64,000 nucleotides of DNA from Balanoglossus misakiensis. Taxonomy: Eukaryota > Animalia > Hemichordata. The notes below the pieces were generated by a model. That model made no database searches. It was not told the DNA's origin and was given only the letters and a program-made list of their open reading frames with translations. Below, in pieces: positions 1-24,148 of this stretch. The position numbers were made by a program, and so were the translations under genes. The number at the start of each line of letters is the position of its first letter. The stretch's first letter is position 1. The stretch lies in contig CM082582.2 of the NCBI GenBank assembly GCA_040954595.2, positions 4,014,303-4,078,302 of the forward strand, given 5' to 3'.

Positions 1-360
1 CTTAAATAGGTTTTAAGCTACCTAAGTGAGTGATAAAAATCTCATATGTTCGACACAATTTCAAGATGGCCGATTTTTGCCATGTTTAAGAATTGGAAGT
101 TCAAAAGCTAATTAAAAGTGATACTGGGTCATTCTGAAACTTTGTAACAGAAAAAATAACAAAATGTGAACAAAGTTGAACGAGTTTAATATGCTACCTA
201 CAAAGACAGACATGTTTGACCAAAGGAAGTCATGAAATACAGCAAACATATCATTTCTTGTATCTCTTACTACAGTGGGTTGTCGACTTTTCGCCCAGAA
301 TGCAATTTGACTTGACCCCCTAGCGCAAAGTGAAAACCTATTTAAGGCAGCCAGAATTCC
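1..360. repeat. Dispersed repeat (probable DNA-transposon fragment); inverted copy at ~41570-41910
   Basis: Bases ~15-356 align by eye as reverse complement to 41570-41905 (e.g. ctacctaagtgagtgat / atcactcacttaggtag; gcgcaaagtgaaaacctattta / taaataggttttcactttgcgc). Confidence 0.85.
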
Positions 361-479
361 TTCCACTGGTTGTATTACAGTTCTGCCTTAAACCATGCAG
401 AGACTTCATATGGATAAGCTGTATAACACTTTTTGACAGTTGTTGTACTAACAAATGTCTTGATGTATATGACTGATAG

Positions 480-2665
480 ATTGCAGGATTTCCTGGCTGA
501 CTGTGCTGAAAGGATCATAGTTCTCAAGACTGTCCACAGAAGAGTGGTGAACAGATTTCACAAACTGCTGGCGTACATGGGCATGACGCCCTATGCCATC
601 AAAGAAGTGAAAATCAGCCAGTTCTGTCGGATTATCAGTGAATTTGCCTTGGAATATAGAACAATACGCGAGAGAGCTCTTGAGATGCAGCGAAAGAAAG
701 CAAATCAGAGAGAAAGAAACAAGACTAGGGGAAAACTTATTAGTGATGTAAGTCAAGTCAATCTAATGCACACTTTTCATTCAAAAATAGGACTATATGA
801 GCACATAAAATGTACTTTACGTCTGCAACTGGAAATGTAATATGCTGAAAACAGATTACCATTTGTATATTTTCATTTTAAAATTTGACATTTGCATTAC
901 TTTTGTCTTTTTTGCTGTGAAGTTTGACATTTGATAAATTATTGACACCTGACATTATTGTTTGAAATGACTGCCCACCTGCAATTGGTGACTTCAAAGT
1001 CCAGCTGGAAATTATAAATTTTACTATTCCGTATGGTTAGAAATGTTAATTGAACTGTCCACAAAATGTGAACATCTTTCTTACTGCCTGATTTCCAAAG
1101 TGTGGCCTGAGCGTAGAATAATGAAGAAGTGGGCTGACACTTTTGCGAAAGGATATGGTTACCAGCCCCGATTTCTGCTGCATGACCGAGAGAGACATTT
1201 CAAAAACACTGCTAACATTTCTAATTTCTCCTTCTTCTACTACAGACCAAGAATTTCAGTAAAGTGCAGGATAAGGATGAACATGATAAACTGAAGAAAT
1301 TACTGAAGAACACAGGCACAGCTCCTGGCGATGAACATTTGGGAAGAAGTAGGAGCAGACCTCTGGGTATGTCCAATCTGTGTCTGAACTCTCTCTTTCT
1401 CTTTCATGGTCATTGATCTGTGGAAAATATTGGGTCACAGCATGTATATGTTGATGTGGCCATCACATTTGCAAAGTAGGATGAATTCAGTCTCTGTATT
1501 GACATTTTCTATGGCACAGACATGACCATGAGCCTCTTAATGCCAAATTACTGACAATGTATTTCTTTAATATCAATTACATGATCTGGCCATGTTAACC
1601 CTCAACATCCAGGTGACGGGCAAACAACATGGTGGCATCCAGTAAAAGTTTGTTTGAGAATGTTTATACTTTAGAACCACCAGAAACGTAACATGTAACA
1701 GGCATGGTGCATCATCAGCATCATGGCGTTTCGTCTGCACAGTCGTTGTCTGCACCACGTTGCCCGTCACCTGGAAATCTGAATATCCATGTAACTGTAT
1801 CTGACTTGGTCTGATGTCATTTGATATCAAACAATACCTATCCATGTGCCTTCTGAGGCTGATGTGAACAGGCAATTATAAATATTGACATCAGAGATTT
1901 GAATTGTTTGTGGTTGTGTTGTCCAGGTTACCAGGCTGGTACAGCAGATGTGACTGATGCTGCGGATGAAATGATGGAACTGCTCGTCAAATCTGCCACC
2001 GCACCAAGTAACAGACATACTCCGAGAGAGAGAAAAAGAGCTAGACAGAGTAATAGAAAGTCGTGTAAGTTTACTTTACCTCTTCCAAAAATATCCTTGG
2101 TTGGCACACCCGAGCATTGGGGGCTACTGCAGGCCCAAATTTGTTTCTGCTCATGATTTTTTCTCCACTTATTAAGCCATGTCTATGTAAACAATGCCCG
2201 CTAAGTACGACTGTTATGTGTTTCTTGAGAATGTTGCAAGGTTTAACCCTTTCCCCTTCATGGTTTAGTCCAAACCGATTGTTTTCTATGGTAAGGTTGG
2301 ACCTCTATAGAGGAAATTGAAACTGGGGGTAAAAGGGTTAAAGAAGCACCTGTACCATGATCCAAATTTGCTCAGTTTATGGGAAATTTTTAAAGGGTAT
2401 TTATTCATTCTGTACATTATAAGTTTTTCTTCAGTGTTGGTGTTAAGAGTTAAGAAATGTCATAAAAATATTGTCATTGAAATGGCTGACCACAGAAAGC
2501 AGGGGACACCACAGACAAATAGTTGAAGTATTATATGCAAATATTGGTGTGTACTGATAGTTTGTTATTTCTTTACTAGTGAGGAGGACTCTGAAGAGCG
2601 GGCTAACGGCAGAAGAAAGCCAAGCTTTGGGAATACCAAGTTCACGCAAAGAAGTTCGTGTCTAG
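480..2665 (+). CDS. FHOD3: FHOD1/3-type formin, last coding exons (480-747, 1246-1366, 1927-2064, 2580-2665); 5' part lies upstream of window
   Basis: FH2 end (RIIVLKTVHRRVVNRFHKLLAYMG...ISEFALEYRTIRER...RERNKTRGKLI) and DAD tail (DEMMELLVKSAT...PRERKRARQSNRKSLRRTLKSGLTAEESQALG) match FHOD proteins. GT-AG junctions are in phase; stop TAG 2663-2665. Confidence 0.92.
2243..2341. mobile_element. ~90 bp piggyBac-like MITE (TTAA-CCCT...AGGG-TTAA)
   Basis: TTAA at 2243-2246 and 2338-2341 flanks CCCTTT/AAAGGG termini. The same internal sequence (ggtt.agtccaaacc.attgttttctatggtaa.gttggac) occurs at three other loci. Confidence 0.8.
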
Positions 2666-5600
2666 TCTCCACAGGTGGTATGTCCTTGAGATAAATACTG
2701 CTTGAAGGAAGTGCCTACCAACGACCCAAGGTCAAAGGTCGCGGCTGAGAGAGATGGGTGAAACCCACGCGATGGAGAGAGAGAGAGAGAGAGAGAGCAC
2801 AAAATGCCACATGGTTTATCTATCATTTACAAAATTGAAAACTTGAGAAATAATAAGTCCTGCAAGTGTTACATCAGATCAGTTTGTTCATATCGAGCAT
2901 CCATTATAATGTTGTCCTATGCACGCTAAGCCATCAGTACACTGTGTGTGCTGTCGTATTCATAATCTTTTGATGTCTGTGATACATAAAACGTGTAGAA
3001 CTATGTTTAGCATCCTGCAAGTTTTGTCAAGCTTTAAATTACACAAATCACAGCAGAGAAAATTGAAAATCACGACAGTGGAAGAATGGTCGGTTCTGAA
3101 TTTTAGTAATACTTGACAGAGGAAATCATGTTACTAGTGATTGTGTTGTGTGTTTGTACACATCTCACTGATTTGCATTTTGATGTTTTTGCATCCAACT
3201 TTTTATTTCATTTGATGTGTTGCAGGTGTTTTTTTATTTAATCTCTGGCAATTTCTAGATTTTATGCTCTGTGTCTGGCATTCTCTTGTTTGTTTATTTA
3301 CCTTCTGAGACGACGTCAGTTATCATTTCTGTCAATTTTGATGTTTTACTGAAGTACCTTTGACGTTTTTCGTTGTTACAGTATGTGTGTGCAAATGTGT
3401 CTTTTAGATAGTATGGTTAGTGTACTGTGTTTGTACATCAATGAGACTTAAAATAGAACTGCTGTGTTTTAGCATTTATATTATATATAGAGAGAGAATT
3501 ATAGCACATTATATCAAGGTTAGAAAGTGGGCGTGTCTGAAAGTGAAATGACATGTCATGTCATAATGTAGAGACAGCAAACATTGATTTTTGTTTCGCA
3601 GACATCACCCCTTAAATGTGGAAATTGGTGCTTTAACTAGTTTTCTTTCACACCTTCCTGAGAAACAGAACTGAAAAGTCGGAAAAACTACCAAGTTTAC
3701 CTTACAAAGTGATTAACATTTCTTCACTGAACGTAGAGATCAAAGGTCATAGCTGCAGCAGTACTCTGTGCAAATTCATTGTTAAATGAACAAAAGACAG
3801 CCTCTTACATTTCTATGCATATCAACGGCATTATATTTGTAGAATGAACAAATTTGCAATGAAAACCTAATACACACTGGTTTCATATTTTTCTGCTGGG
3901 TTTGTCAATGACAAATAATTACTGACATAGCTTTTAATGTATAGAGAATTGATTCCTTTTCTGCTTTTATATAAAGTCTACTGTCTTTCGCATCATGTAT
4001 TGTATAAAATAACTATTAAAGGGTCGTAGAATTTTTAAAAATACATTTAATTTATTATAGAGATGGTTCTAGATTTCTTTGTCAACAGTTTTCTTGTGAT
4101 ATTGTAAAAAGTACCCGCTTCTATTTTGAGAACAAATTTTATTTGCTTTTATGAGTTTATTTAAAAACTATTAGTTCAAACCTGACTTCGCCAGCTCAGT
4201 CAGTGTAGCTTTTTATTTTTTTTTCTCTTTTAATATATGATAAATGCTTGCCTTTTGTCAACTTTAGTGTTTTTGTTTTTCGTTTGAGGGAAAAGAAATT
4301 TGTCAATAAAGCTGTGAAAATATGCAAATAGATTATGTGTAGTGACCTGAACATCTATAAGTAATATGTCAGTTGCATCTTCTAGTAATCCTTCTTTTCA
4401 TAATCGATCTGATCTGTTAATTCTGTATTTAGGTTTTATCTCTTCCATGTAATAATTATCAGTCTGCTATTTCATGAAAAAATATGACTGGTTTCACCTG
4501 GCATATGTCTGCTGATGCTGCGTGCATATAAATTCACTAACATTGAGAATTTGATATTAATTTACAATCAAGTTATAACCCACAATGTCTTGCAAAAAAC
4601 GTCACTGAATATAAAACACAGTTGCTCAGGAACAATGTTCTTTTTTAGAAGCTATCGTAGCAGGTGTGTAGCCCAGACAGCCAGTCATGTTTTTTCTTCT
4701 GTAATGATAATCTGTTTCTGTCAAGCTTCTTATCTTCACTTGATATTCTCAACATTTAATGCTCATATCTCTCCATATCATTCTCCAATAATTTCTGTGA
4801 CTTTTTAATATTTTTGCTTGAATGTGTATTTCATATAAACAATTACTTTTTTGTCACATATTAGTAAGTAGTGTCATCAAGAAAGACAATGCATTGACTG
4901 CATTGTGTCTCTCACGTCAGAGGATCCATAGTAGCATTTTTTAGCCACAAAAAATAAACATGAAATAAAATTTTGTAATTGTTAAATGTTGCACCATGTT
5001 ATGTCTTGCAGTTTCTCGACTGGAACAGATTGACTTGTATTTTACAGAAGTCAAATCCAGACCCAGTGCACCAATTCATGTAGCAAGCAAGTCTGTGCAC
5101 AAAACCTCTATGCAAAATCCAAAAGCAGAGACGAGTCTTGAGCAAGCTCCTTCTCACACAATCTGGGTACAACACACAAAGACAAAATCACACACAAACA
5201 AATGAGGGGAAGATGGCCTTTTTTGTTTTGGGAGAAGATATCATGGCTGCCTACATCCACCTTGTGATGATGAGATCATTTTCGTGACATTAAATGGCTG
5301 TAGGAAGATTTCTTTTGTTTACTGGGACCAAATTAACAGGTGTTAATGAATTATTAATTTGATGGACATGTATTAATATTCATGCTGCCATGTGGTCAGA
5401 CTGCTATTATTTCACTGGATGCTGTACCGTCGACTTCAGAGCTGAGGACCACATTTTGCTGTTCGGGGCTATTTGCAGGCTCTTTTGTTTGACTTCGAGA
5501 CAGAAGTTTGTAAGTATACTTCAGAAAACTTTGTGACTACTGTCTTTGCTGCATAATTTTGTGCTCATGTGCTTCGACTGAAGTCGACAGAAAATATACC

Positions 5601-7139
5601 TGACTCTGAGTATGGTGTGCTGTGTGTTGCTCAGTTTAGATTTGTGACTGGTGAATCCCATTTTGCCTGCAGTTTAATTTTATAAGTTTAGCTACAAGCC
5701 ATTAAACAATTATTTAAAAGGAAACGTACTGACTTCGCCCTTTCTGTCATAACGTTTATGCCCTGCCTGTTAAAGGTGTCTTATAAATGGTGGGTTTCCT
5801 TTATTGGTCTGTCTTGCAGAGATGTACGAAGAATATTGATGTAATTACAGGTAGGGTCACTATTTTCTTAGTTACCGTGTTTGTGATGTTCAATACATGC
5901 AATTAATTGACTCATTACAGTGTTTGGATAAAAACACACAGAGACACTGATCAAAGTTGACATATCAACAAGTGTTTCATCTAGACAGGGGAGATTCACC
6001 ACCTGTTGACAAAAAAAAAACCCACACACAATACCAATACTTCTCACAAAATAACAAAAATAGACGTGTAGCAGAGGATGGCTTCTGCGAAGAATATGTC
6101 TGGATGAGAACCATAAAGTCCCTGTGAAACTACACAGCATTCAGCATGTAATTGAGACACCCACATAAGCACTGTTACATGATTTTAGTCTGACATTTGT
6201 TTCAAACTGTAGCTGTTATTGCCCGTATATGGATGCTCAGGGACGGTGGATTGGTTTTGCATTGGAAATCGAACGTTTGACACTATCTTTTAATGTAGTC
6301 TTCTTGCACCCTAACCCTCAATCTCATTACTGATTAAAATCTGATGTAGAGATAAGCGCTGGTGATAGTTTTCTCTATTCTCTTTTCGCGGCTTTGGCTG
6401 TTCTTTTCTCATCTTGGCTGTTCTCGGGCATACACACCACTCTACCTACCTACAAATGTAACTACCTACCTACCTAACTCTACATCCGATTTTAATCAGA
6501 CTGCCCAAACCCCAAACATCTTGCAACCAGCAGAGGGTCTCTACACCAGTGGTGCTGAAGAGGCAGATAAATAAGAAACTTGGAATCATCACTAAATTTT
6601 CCTTGCGTTCATGTTTATTCACAGTAAAATTAACAAAGCTGGACTAAAGCAATGTTTAAGGTGAGAGTGCATGACCTTGAAAATCCGGAAATTCCTCTTA
6701 AAAAATATTGGTATCTCTTGATCTGGCAATTATTTCTTCAGCTATTTCCTATTCAGTAAATTGGTTCTGAAAATTCATTCTATTGTTTAAAACATTACAA
6801 AATATGCTACAAACAAACATTTAAATCTGAAAAGATTCCAAGACAAAGCGTTATGGAGTACATGCATTCATACCAAGCCAAATAAATGTTCTAAAATATA
6901 TGCCTCTGAAGTATAAATTTTGCTACATGTCATATCCTGGAAAAGACTCATTCACCTGCTCGTCTGATATAAGTGTGAATTGGGGTGAAATATGCTTCTT
7001 GAAATAAAGATATTGACATACTAGTAAATCTAGAATATTTTTGATTCAAAAACTATTCTAGAAAATTTTGTGTTGGACACAATTTCGTTGATAGCTTTTC
7101 AATAATAAAAATTATTGCACTTCAAATTACGACAAACGT

Positions 7140-10100
7140 CTATTTTTTCTTGATATACCAGTAGGCTGCTACTACTGCAGTGATAACTCCTGCAGCCCCA
7201 ATCATGATTGGAGTTAACTTCTTTAGTAATAAACCAGACAAGAACTTTAGGTCGAATATAGGGATGTTGACACAGGACTTGAGAAATGATTCTCTCTGTT
7301 GGAGCCTTGCGTAGTATTCACTCAGAAGTGGTTTGGAGTCTTGGAAGTGATGCAGCAAACCTACAAATCTCATTCTGTTCAGCAATACTGCCAAGTAGAG
7401 ATCGGCGGCCGTAAATGTCTGACCCAGGAACCAGTGTTCTTCACCTGAAACGATTATAATGAAAGACAATATAGATCACGGTTGTACAAATTGTAATATG
7501 GGTTATTTTCGCGACAGGAAATTTCTGTGATGCAACTGTTACACAAAGATTAAATTTCACGTTCTTGTATTTCACTGCATTGTTATCTCCGAAAAACATT
7601 TTCACGCGACTTCTCAAAGTTACTTTTGCATTTTTTTGGCTCTTGCCAAGTTCACGAAAATTTATTGTTCACGAAAATTTCCTGTTTTACAGTACATACA
7701 TGTACACATAAATCGTATTGTAATAGCAGGAACAGTTACAATGTATGTTAATATGGGAGGATGTATGTTTTAAAGATTCATTCAAGTTAAAACTAGGGGT
7801 GCACTGCACTGTATTTCATGGGATCTTTTTTTTTTACAAATTTACCTTCAGGAACTCCTTCTTTAGTTTGTTGTAGTTGCTCTTCGATTTCTTCCAAGAT
7901 GACATCAAGTGTGTCAATTCCACTGCGAACTTTATCAATACTGCTGAAGTTCTGATGAAAAGTTTCAAATTTCGCCTTCTTCTGTTCATAGGCTTCCTTG
8001 TATTTGGGATACTTGTCCATCAGTTTTGGTAATGTTGAAATCTGCTTCATTAACTTTCCTTTATATTTGAGGAAAATATCAATTGAAAGTAAATTATATG
8101 ATGCGTAATCAAGGCAAATATTCACACCCCCATTTTCAACTCACAACCTCTCATATTTAAAAATCGCATTTTCCACACACATACACATAGCAGGCCATGA
8201 GTTGAAAATGGGGGTCTGTCCATAGGTTACTGGAAACAAGAAATTACTAGATAGCTTTACAATACTCTAGCTAGAAAACCAAATTTGGTGGACGTGTACA
8301 GTTTTGCAATGGCAAGAACTGCTTGAATTTAGGTGAGCATGCATGGTTGTATATTGATTAAGTTATCAAAAATTATTTGTCTGATAATAGTTGTCTATAG
8401 AGATCAAGCTCATGAAATAGATACATATCTCCAACTGTGACAGAGCTGTTTTATTACCATGTGCATATGCATTCACGCTAAGATTAGATGCATTACCGGT
8501 AATTCCAAGCCAGCACATGCATGGTAGGGATATTGTCAGGGTCATCATGCTTCAAGAATTTAAACAAGAAACTGCAGTAGATGCACAAAACAGAAATACC
8601 AAAAACATAGTCTAAAAGTTACAGCTAATGGGGCTTTAAATATGAAGATTATTTACAAGATGATTTTAATTCTTTAAATAAATATTTCCCTATTGTATTT
8701 CACTCACCTGGCATAACCTTTGTAACAAAAGCTGGAATCGTTGAATTTTGGGTGAACTCATCTCTAAAAACCAGACAGCCATATGTGATTATTTCTATTG
8801 GAATATCGTTGATTCGATTTCTCCAGTCACGAACTTTTCTTCCTTCAGGTGTACTTTCATCAGGTTGCAATCTTGGTGCTGGAAAAAAATCAGGTACAAA
8901 ATATTTCTGACACTCAAGAATAAACAAAATCATCATTTCAGTATAGCCAAGACATGTAAATAGGGGCTGACAAACTATTTTCATGAAGGTTTGTCAATCA
9001 ACATATAAAATGAAATTTTGAGGTGATTTAACATATTCTCTAAAAAAATTTGACACAGTGAAAATCATTTCTGTATTTAAAGTACCAGCCAGCTCATAAC
9101 CTCAGATACTGTTAGAACAATAGCACAGTGGCAATACATGAATTGCATGCATGATAAAGTAAATTGTTCTCAAATATGATGCATTGTATTTTGATCAAAT
9201 AGTACCTTCCGGAAATTCTTCTTCAAGGTAGTCCAGAATGGTGTTTGAATCAATCACGTTTTGGTCACCATGAGTGATAGATGGAACTTCTCCCTTAAAA
9301 TTGATATCCAGATACCATGGTTGCACATTGTCTCCATAATAGTGGTTGATTATCCTTGGCTTGTACACAATTCCCTTTTCTTCAAGTGTCAGAACTGCCT
9401 GAAACAACCAGTCATATTTGTGAAATGGGCATGTGAATAAATGGGTGTGGCACTCGTTTATTATTCAACTTTATCAATATATTTAAATGTACAGCTAAAA
9501 TCAGAGGTTGAAAATATGCATGTTTATGTATACCCACCATTTAACACACTTAAAATGGGCCATTCTATTAAAAAATTGGCAGCTATTGGGCCTTTAAACT
9601 TTAAAAAAAGGACGTAACACCAATGGATAAAAAGTTTTGAATTAAACTGAATTGAACTGAATCAAACTAAAATTGCAACATGTGCAAGGAACTGAATTAA
9701 ATCATGGAGGTACCAAACATGTTCCACCAAAAATCGTCCAGGGGAGATGGAGGGGCTGCAAAACTGCAGCAACCAAACATGTACCTCCACAATTGTCCTT
9801 TGAACCTAATTTGAACTCCACCCACTTTTGTGGGAGTCCTGGTGTCATTATCTGATATTTATAGGCCTAAAACAGTACGGTGGTAACGATAGTCTATTAC
9901 ATTTAATATACCAGTGAAATCTTTAAAAAAAGTCTGAAAAAAATGCAGGAGAATTTAAGGAATTTTTAATTCTTGTATAGTTGAACTTTTGACCTTGGTA
10001 TTAAATACGTGTAATTCGACTAGCACAGCACTGATCCCAAATTCATCATGATCGATACCAACAATTCAAGTAGCAGTGCAGAGATGCAATTTGTGGTAGA

Positions 10101-10384
10101 AACCTCATGTTTCATGGATGTGCCAGACAGCGTGTCCATATTATCGTCCCAGAATTGAGGGGTCGTCTATCATGTCTATAATGCGTGGCTACTCAAGGTT
10201 ATGGTGACACACACGTTCAACTGTAACGTTGCCCCCACATTGAGGTTAATCGGCCGAGTCCGTGGGATATGGGGCATGGGGTTTCTGACATCGAAGAAGT
10301 ATATGATACTACAATCGTACTCACTCTCTGCGAATAATATGACCCGTGATGAAAATACAGAGTCAGATCTTTCTTGCTGGCCAT
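7140..10384 (-). CDS. GDAP1: GDAP1-like GST-fold mitochondrial outer membrane protein (exons ~10384-10325, ~9399-9205, 8878-8708, 8058-7846, 7444-7140)
   Basis: LTLYFHHGSYYSQR/AVLTLEEKG...PWYLDINFKGEVPSITHGD...IDSNTILDYLEEEF (GST-N); WFLGQTFTAADLYLAVLLNRMRFVGL (GST-C); C-terminal TM with basic tail MIGAAGVITAVVAAYWYIKKK. Confidence 0.88.
7497..7694. mobile_element. MITE of CTGTAAAAC...GTTTTACAG/TA family (left end degraded)
   Basis: Ends ...gaaaatttcctgttttacag-ta. Internal gttatctccgaaaaacatttt and ttttggctcttgc are shared with copies at 17769 and 33994. Confidence 0.7.
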
Positions 10385-11959
10385 GTTAACAGATTTCGTG
10401 TTTCTGTGTGCTATATATGCTGTCGTCACAATACATGCCGTATCCAGTCTGTATCGGTATCAGGCATATGAATAACGGGATCATGGACGTTCTCGTAGGG
10501 ATGGATCAATTGATATAAAGGGAGGGGGCTGGAGGATTTTCGGGGGGGGGGGGGGGGTTGTCTGTCGACTCCTATATAATTGCCTGAATACATGGGTTTA
10601 TGGGCTCCCAAAATAAAATAAATAAAATTATAACCTCTAAATAAATTTGTTTTGTTGTTGTCGAAAATGATAGATATTAAAAATAAATAAAATATATTGG
10701 GAGTTCGTAAATTTCTTGTAGCTGTTATTGTTGCTAGTGTAGTATGTTGTTATGGTAGTGGTCGATCGTGGTTAGCGTGGAACATTTCATTAAGGTATAT
10801 CATTAACCAAGTGGTTAGAGTCTGGTCACTGACAAAGATTGAAAAGAGAATTTGTTTGTTGTGGTTTGGACCCTTGCAAATTTGTGGTCATTATTAGGGG
10901 ATTCACCAATATCATATCATATCATAGAAACACTGTAGACCTTTTACTTGTATATACTTAATTCTCCTCATCTTGTAAGGTCAGTCATTTGATTCAATGG
11001 TGGCAGTGATGTACTTTATCATAGTCTTGGTAATATTTACTTTCTTGAATGTAAGAAGACATTCATGTAAAAAAAATACAGAGAGATTTGTAGTGTGAAG
11101 GTTCTTTATTTCTTTATAAATGCTCTCTGAGCAATCACTTTTGTTGATATCAGTGATTGCATGCCATTGTGATATTTGAATGCCGCACACATGATTTCTG
11201 CAATACACTGTACATCTGATCGACCCTTTAGTAAAACAGCAACGATTACACCATTTCACTTTTAGTAGTCTTCAGAATATTAAAGTTGCTCTCAATGAAT
11301 ATTCAGACCACATGTAACTCCTTTGGTGAGGTATCATTCATCAGATACCATCTGCTTAATACCAAATTGAAATTGAGCAACACATTTACTATATTTTGAA
11401 AGCACATCACAGACGTATTGAATTCTACAAGAAATACCAATTTCTACAATATAACCTGAAATGTTAGTGTTCATCTCTAAATAGCGAACATTTTGTGTAC
11501 AATATTTGGTGACACTTCTGATTAAGCACAGAATGTGAGCATTTCCATCTGGTACCAGTGTCTCACTGTCAATTTTTTTCAAAAAAGACTCTATGCTATA
11601 TGTATACCAGGCAAGCGATCAAAGTTTTGAATACCAGCCCCATGTAAAGTCGATATATACAAAGTCCATACATCTATTGTTTTACTAAAGAAAGAAATTA
11701 ACCAGAGTTTCTTACTACCTTTAAAGAGTTGGTCTTGCATATTTAATACAAACCTGGTAGAACACAGCCTCTGATGTGCGTATACAGCATTCACAGATGC
11801 AAAGAAATCTAAGTGAAGTACTATTCTGAGTTCATCCAACATTTTGAATATCACCGGTATAACATAAAATTAAATCAAAAGAATGTTTTACAGATAGGTT
11901 TTACAGTATTTGACTGGACAAGCATGACAAAATTTCGAAAGGAAAGACTTTTTAAAGAT

Positions 11960-12045
11960 TTAACTTTTACCCCCAGTCTATAGAGGTCCAACTTTATCAT
12001 AGAAAACAATGGGTTTGGACTGAACCATGGTGGTGAAAGGGTTAG
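11960..12045. mobile_element. piggyBac-like MITE copy (reverse orientation)
   Basis: Reverse complement of the 2243-2341 element (gaggtccaactttatcatagaaaacaatgggtttggactgaaccatg...gaaagggtta). Confidence 0.75.
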
Positions 12046-12946
12046 TGGGTCTAAGGGAAAATCATGTACTGCAAAACCAGACTTGTAACAAGCTGTGTGT
12101 AGACAGGTCTGTCATGGGCTGTGTGTCAGCCAAGATGGCAGAGTTGTGGGCACACTGGTGAAAGGTTTGTGAAAATGCTCCTGTACAAAAAGTGTGGAAT
12201 GTCTGCATGTAGTACACAGCATTGGCATCTATGTATCTATCCATGCATATACACACTGTCACTAGTGACAGGCTAATATAAGATTTGTGGGCATGTAATA
12301 TATGTTCTCCTGGTAGAGCCCTTGTTCAGGCAAAGGCCCTCCAATTTATAATGATTTTTTCCGGGCGAGGTTATATCCTGTCAACAGCCCCAGCTGATGT
12401 TTTCTCAGTAGATCTTTTAAATGTCTAGCAGAAATTGGAATTGCACGTATTGCAGTATGCTTACAATTTTGTTTGTCAATAAATAAAACGTCCTATTCTT
12501 TAGCCTGCCTGCTTCTGCAATAATCCGAGATATGTAGAAGTAGCAGTAAGTTTTCTTGTTATTGTAACATGCAACTCAGTTGCCCAGCCCAATGGACTTA
12601 TCAAGCGTTTACAGACACTGGTCAAAGAGAGAGGGACAATTCGAAAAGTTATTTAAATCGAAAACAGCTATTTAATGAATTTCGTCTTCTGACATATGAC
12701 AACCTACTGCATAACCTAACCTACATGCATAGACTTTTCAGTCTACAGTGGCTAAAACCAGTATGCATTACAGAAAAGAGATTCCCTAAACCAGTAAAAC
12801 GTGACCAGCTTTGCCGTCCCCGTAACCTAACTAAGTTTAGATGATTCACAAATGATATTTGACATGAACTGCAACTATCTTTGATAAACGCTGCAGTTTT
12901 GTAATTAAGACTTTCACAATGTCAGATTCATATCTACTTTCGGCTA

Positions 12947-23253
<10,307 letters not shown>

Positions 23254-23519
23254 TGCGACTTCTAACCTTTAAGCGAGAACAACCGGTTGAGAAATGGGGC
23301 GGGGCAGGTGAAAGTGACGATGATGCATGGTGGCAATATTGGTTGACATGACAGACATAAACAAGTACGTGCCCAGATCATGGATGATGTAATCACGATG
23401 AAACTTCCGTACAAATGTGCAGAAACGCTGGGGATCGAAGCCCACTAATTAGCGTCATCGACCACAGCTATTTCAACAACAAATTGAACTTTGGTGTAAT
23501 TTCATGCAAATTCGAATCT

Positions 23520-23710
23520 TACCGGTATTATTGTACACACCCAGACACTGGAGGAGAGTACACACGTGCGTTTTGACGGCAAAATGGCGAAGTCTCACCG
23601 AATCTCGTCCCAAATGACGTCTGCTACGAGACTCCAAACTTCGTCCGCTAAGTAAATAAAGATGGCGGTCACTTTGAAAACCCTTCTGCTACAAATTGAA
23701 TGAAAATAGG
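23520..23710. promoter_or_regulatory. Bidirectional CpG-rich promoter / 5'UTR exons of AARS1 (-) and RNF212 (+)
   Basis: Minus-strand donor (cttac) at ~23518-23522, plus-strand donor ag/gtatgt at ~23710, local CpG enrichment, YY1-like aaaatggcg (23581) and aagatggcgg (23659). Confidence 0.55.
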
Positions 23711-24148
23711 TATGTGCAAGGATATATCCAGGATTTATTTGCAGTTTTGTTTCTCACTGTCACTTCAATGTCGCGTTTAATCGGCGGGGACAATAGTTGT
23801 TTCTGTTTGTTTTTTAATTAACAAGATATACGTCATGAAGAGTGCACATACAAGTTCTCTTTCATAATTTCAAGTTGTCGAAAATTTGCCAGTACCGATG
23901 ATGACTTTATAAATAAGGCTGCTATCATAAATTTGTGGTATCTTCGTGCTAAGATAAACTATTTCAAGTTCAGTACATTCCTAGATAATATTCGTCACAG
24001 AATGCTGTAACGATCGGAGGTCACGTTTAACGTATAAAAATTGTACATCTGTCAGTGTTCACTCATTTTTCTGTTCACTTGGTTATTCTTGCGTAAGCTG
24101 CTGGTAGATATAAAAGTCATGGTGTCTTTTGCTTGATTTTAAAGGGCC

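Noticed and set aside
1701-1800. Possible alternative FHOD exon (GMVHHQHHGVSSAQ...)
   Set aside because: Open in frame after an AG, but no phase-compatible donor was found.
5429-5587. 11-bp inverted repeat gtcgacttcag/ctgaagtcgac downstream of FHOD
   Set aside because: Too short and the interior pairs poorly; no ncRNA motif could be supported.
10697-12844. Several 60-90 aa ORFs between GDAP1 and AARS1
   Set aside because: AT-rich, no motifs or splice-consistent chain; likely UTR or intergenic noise.
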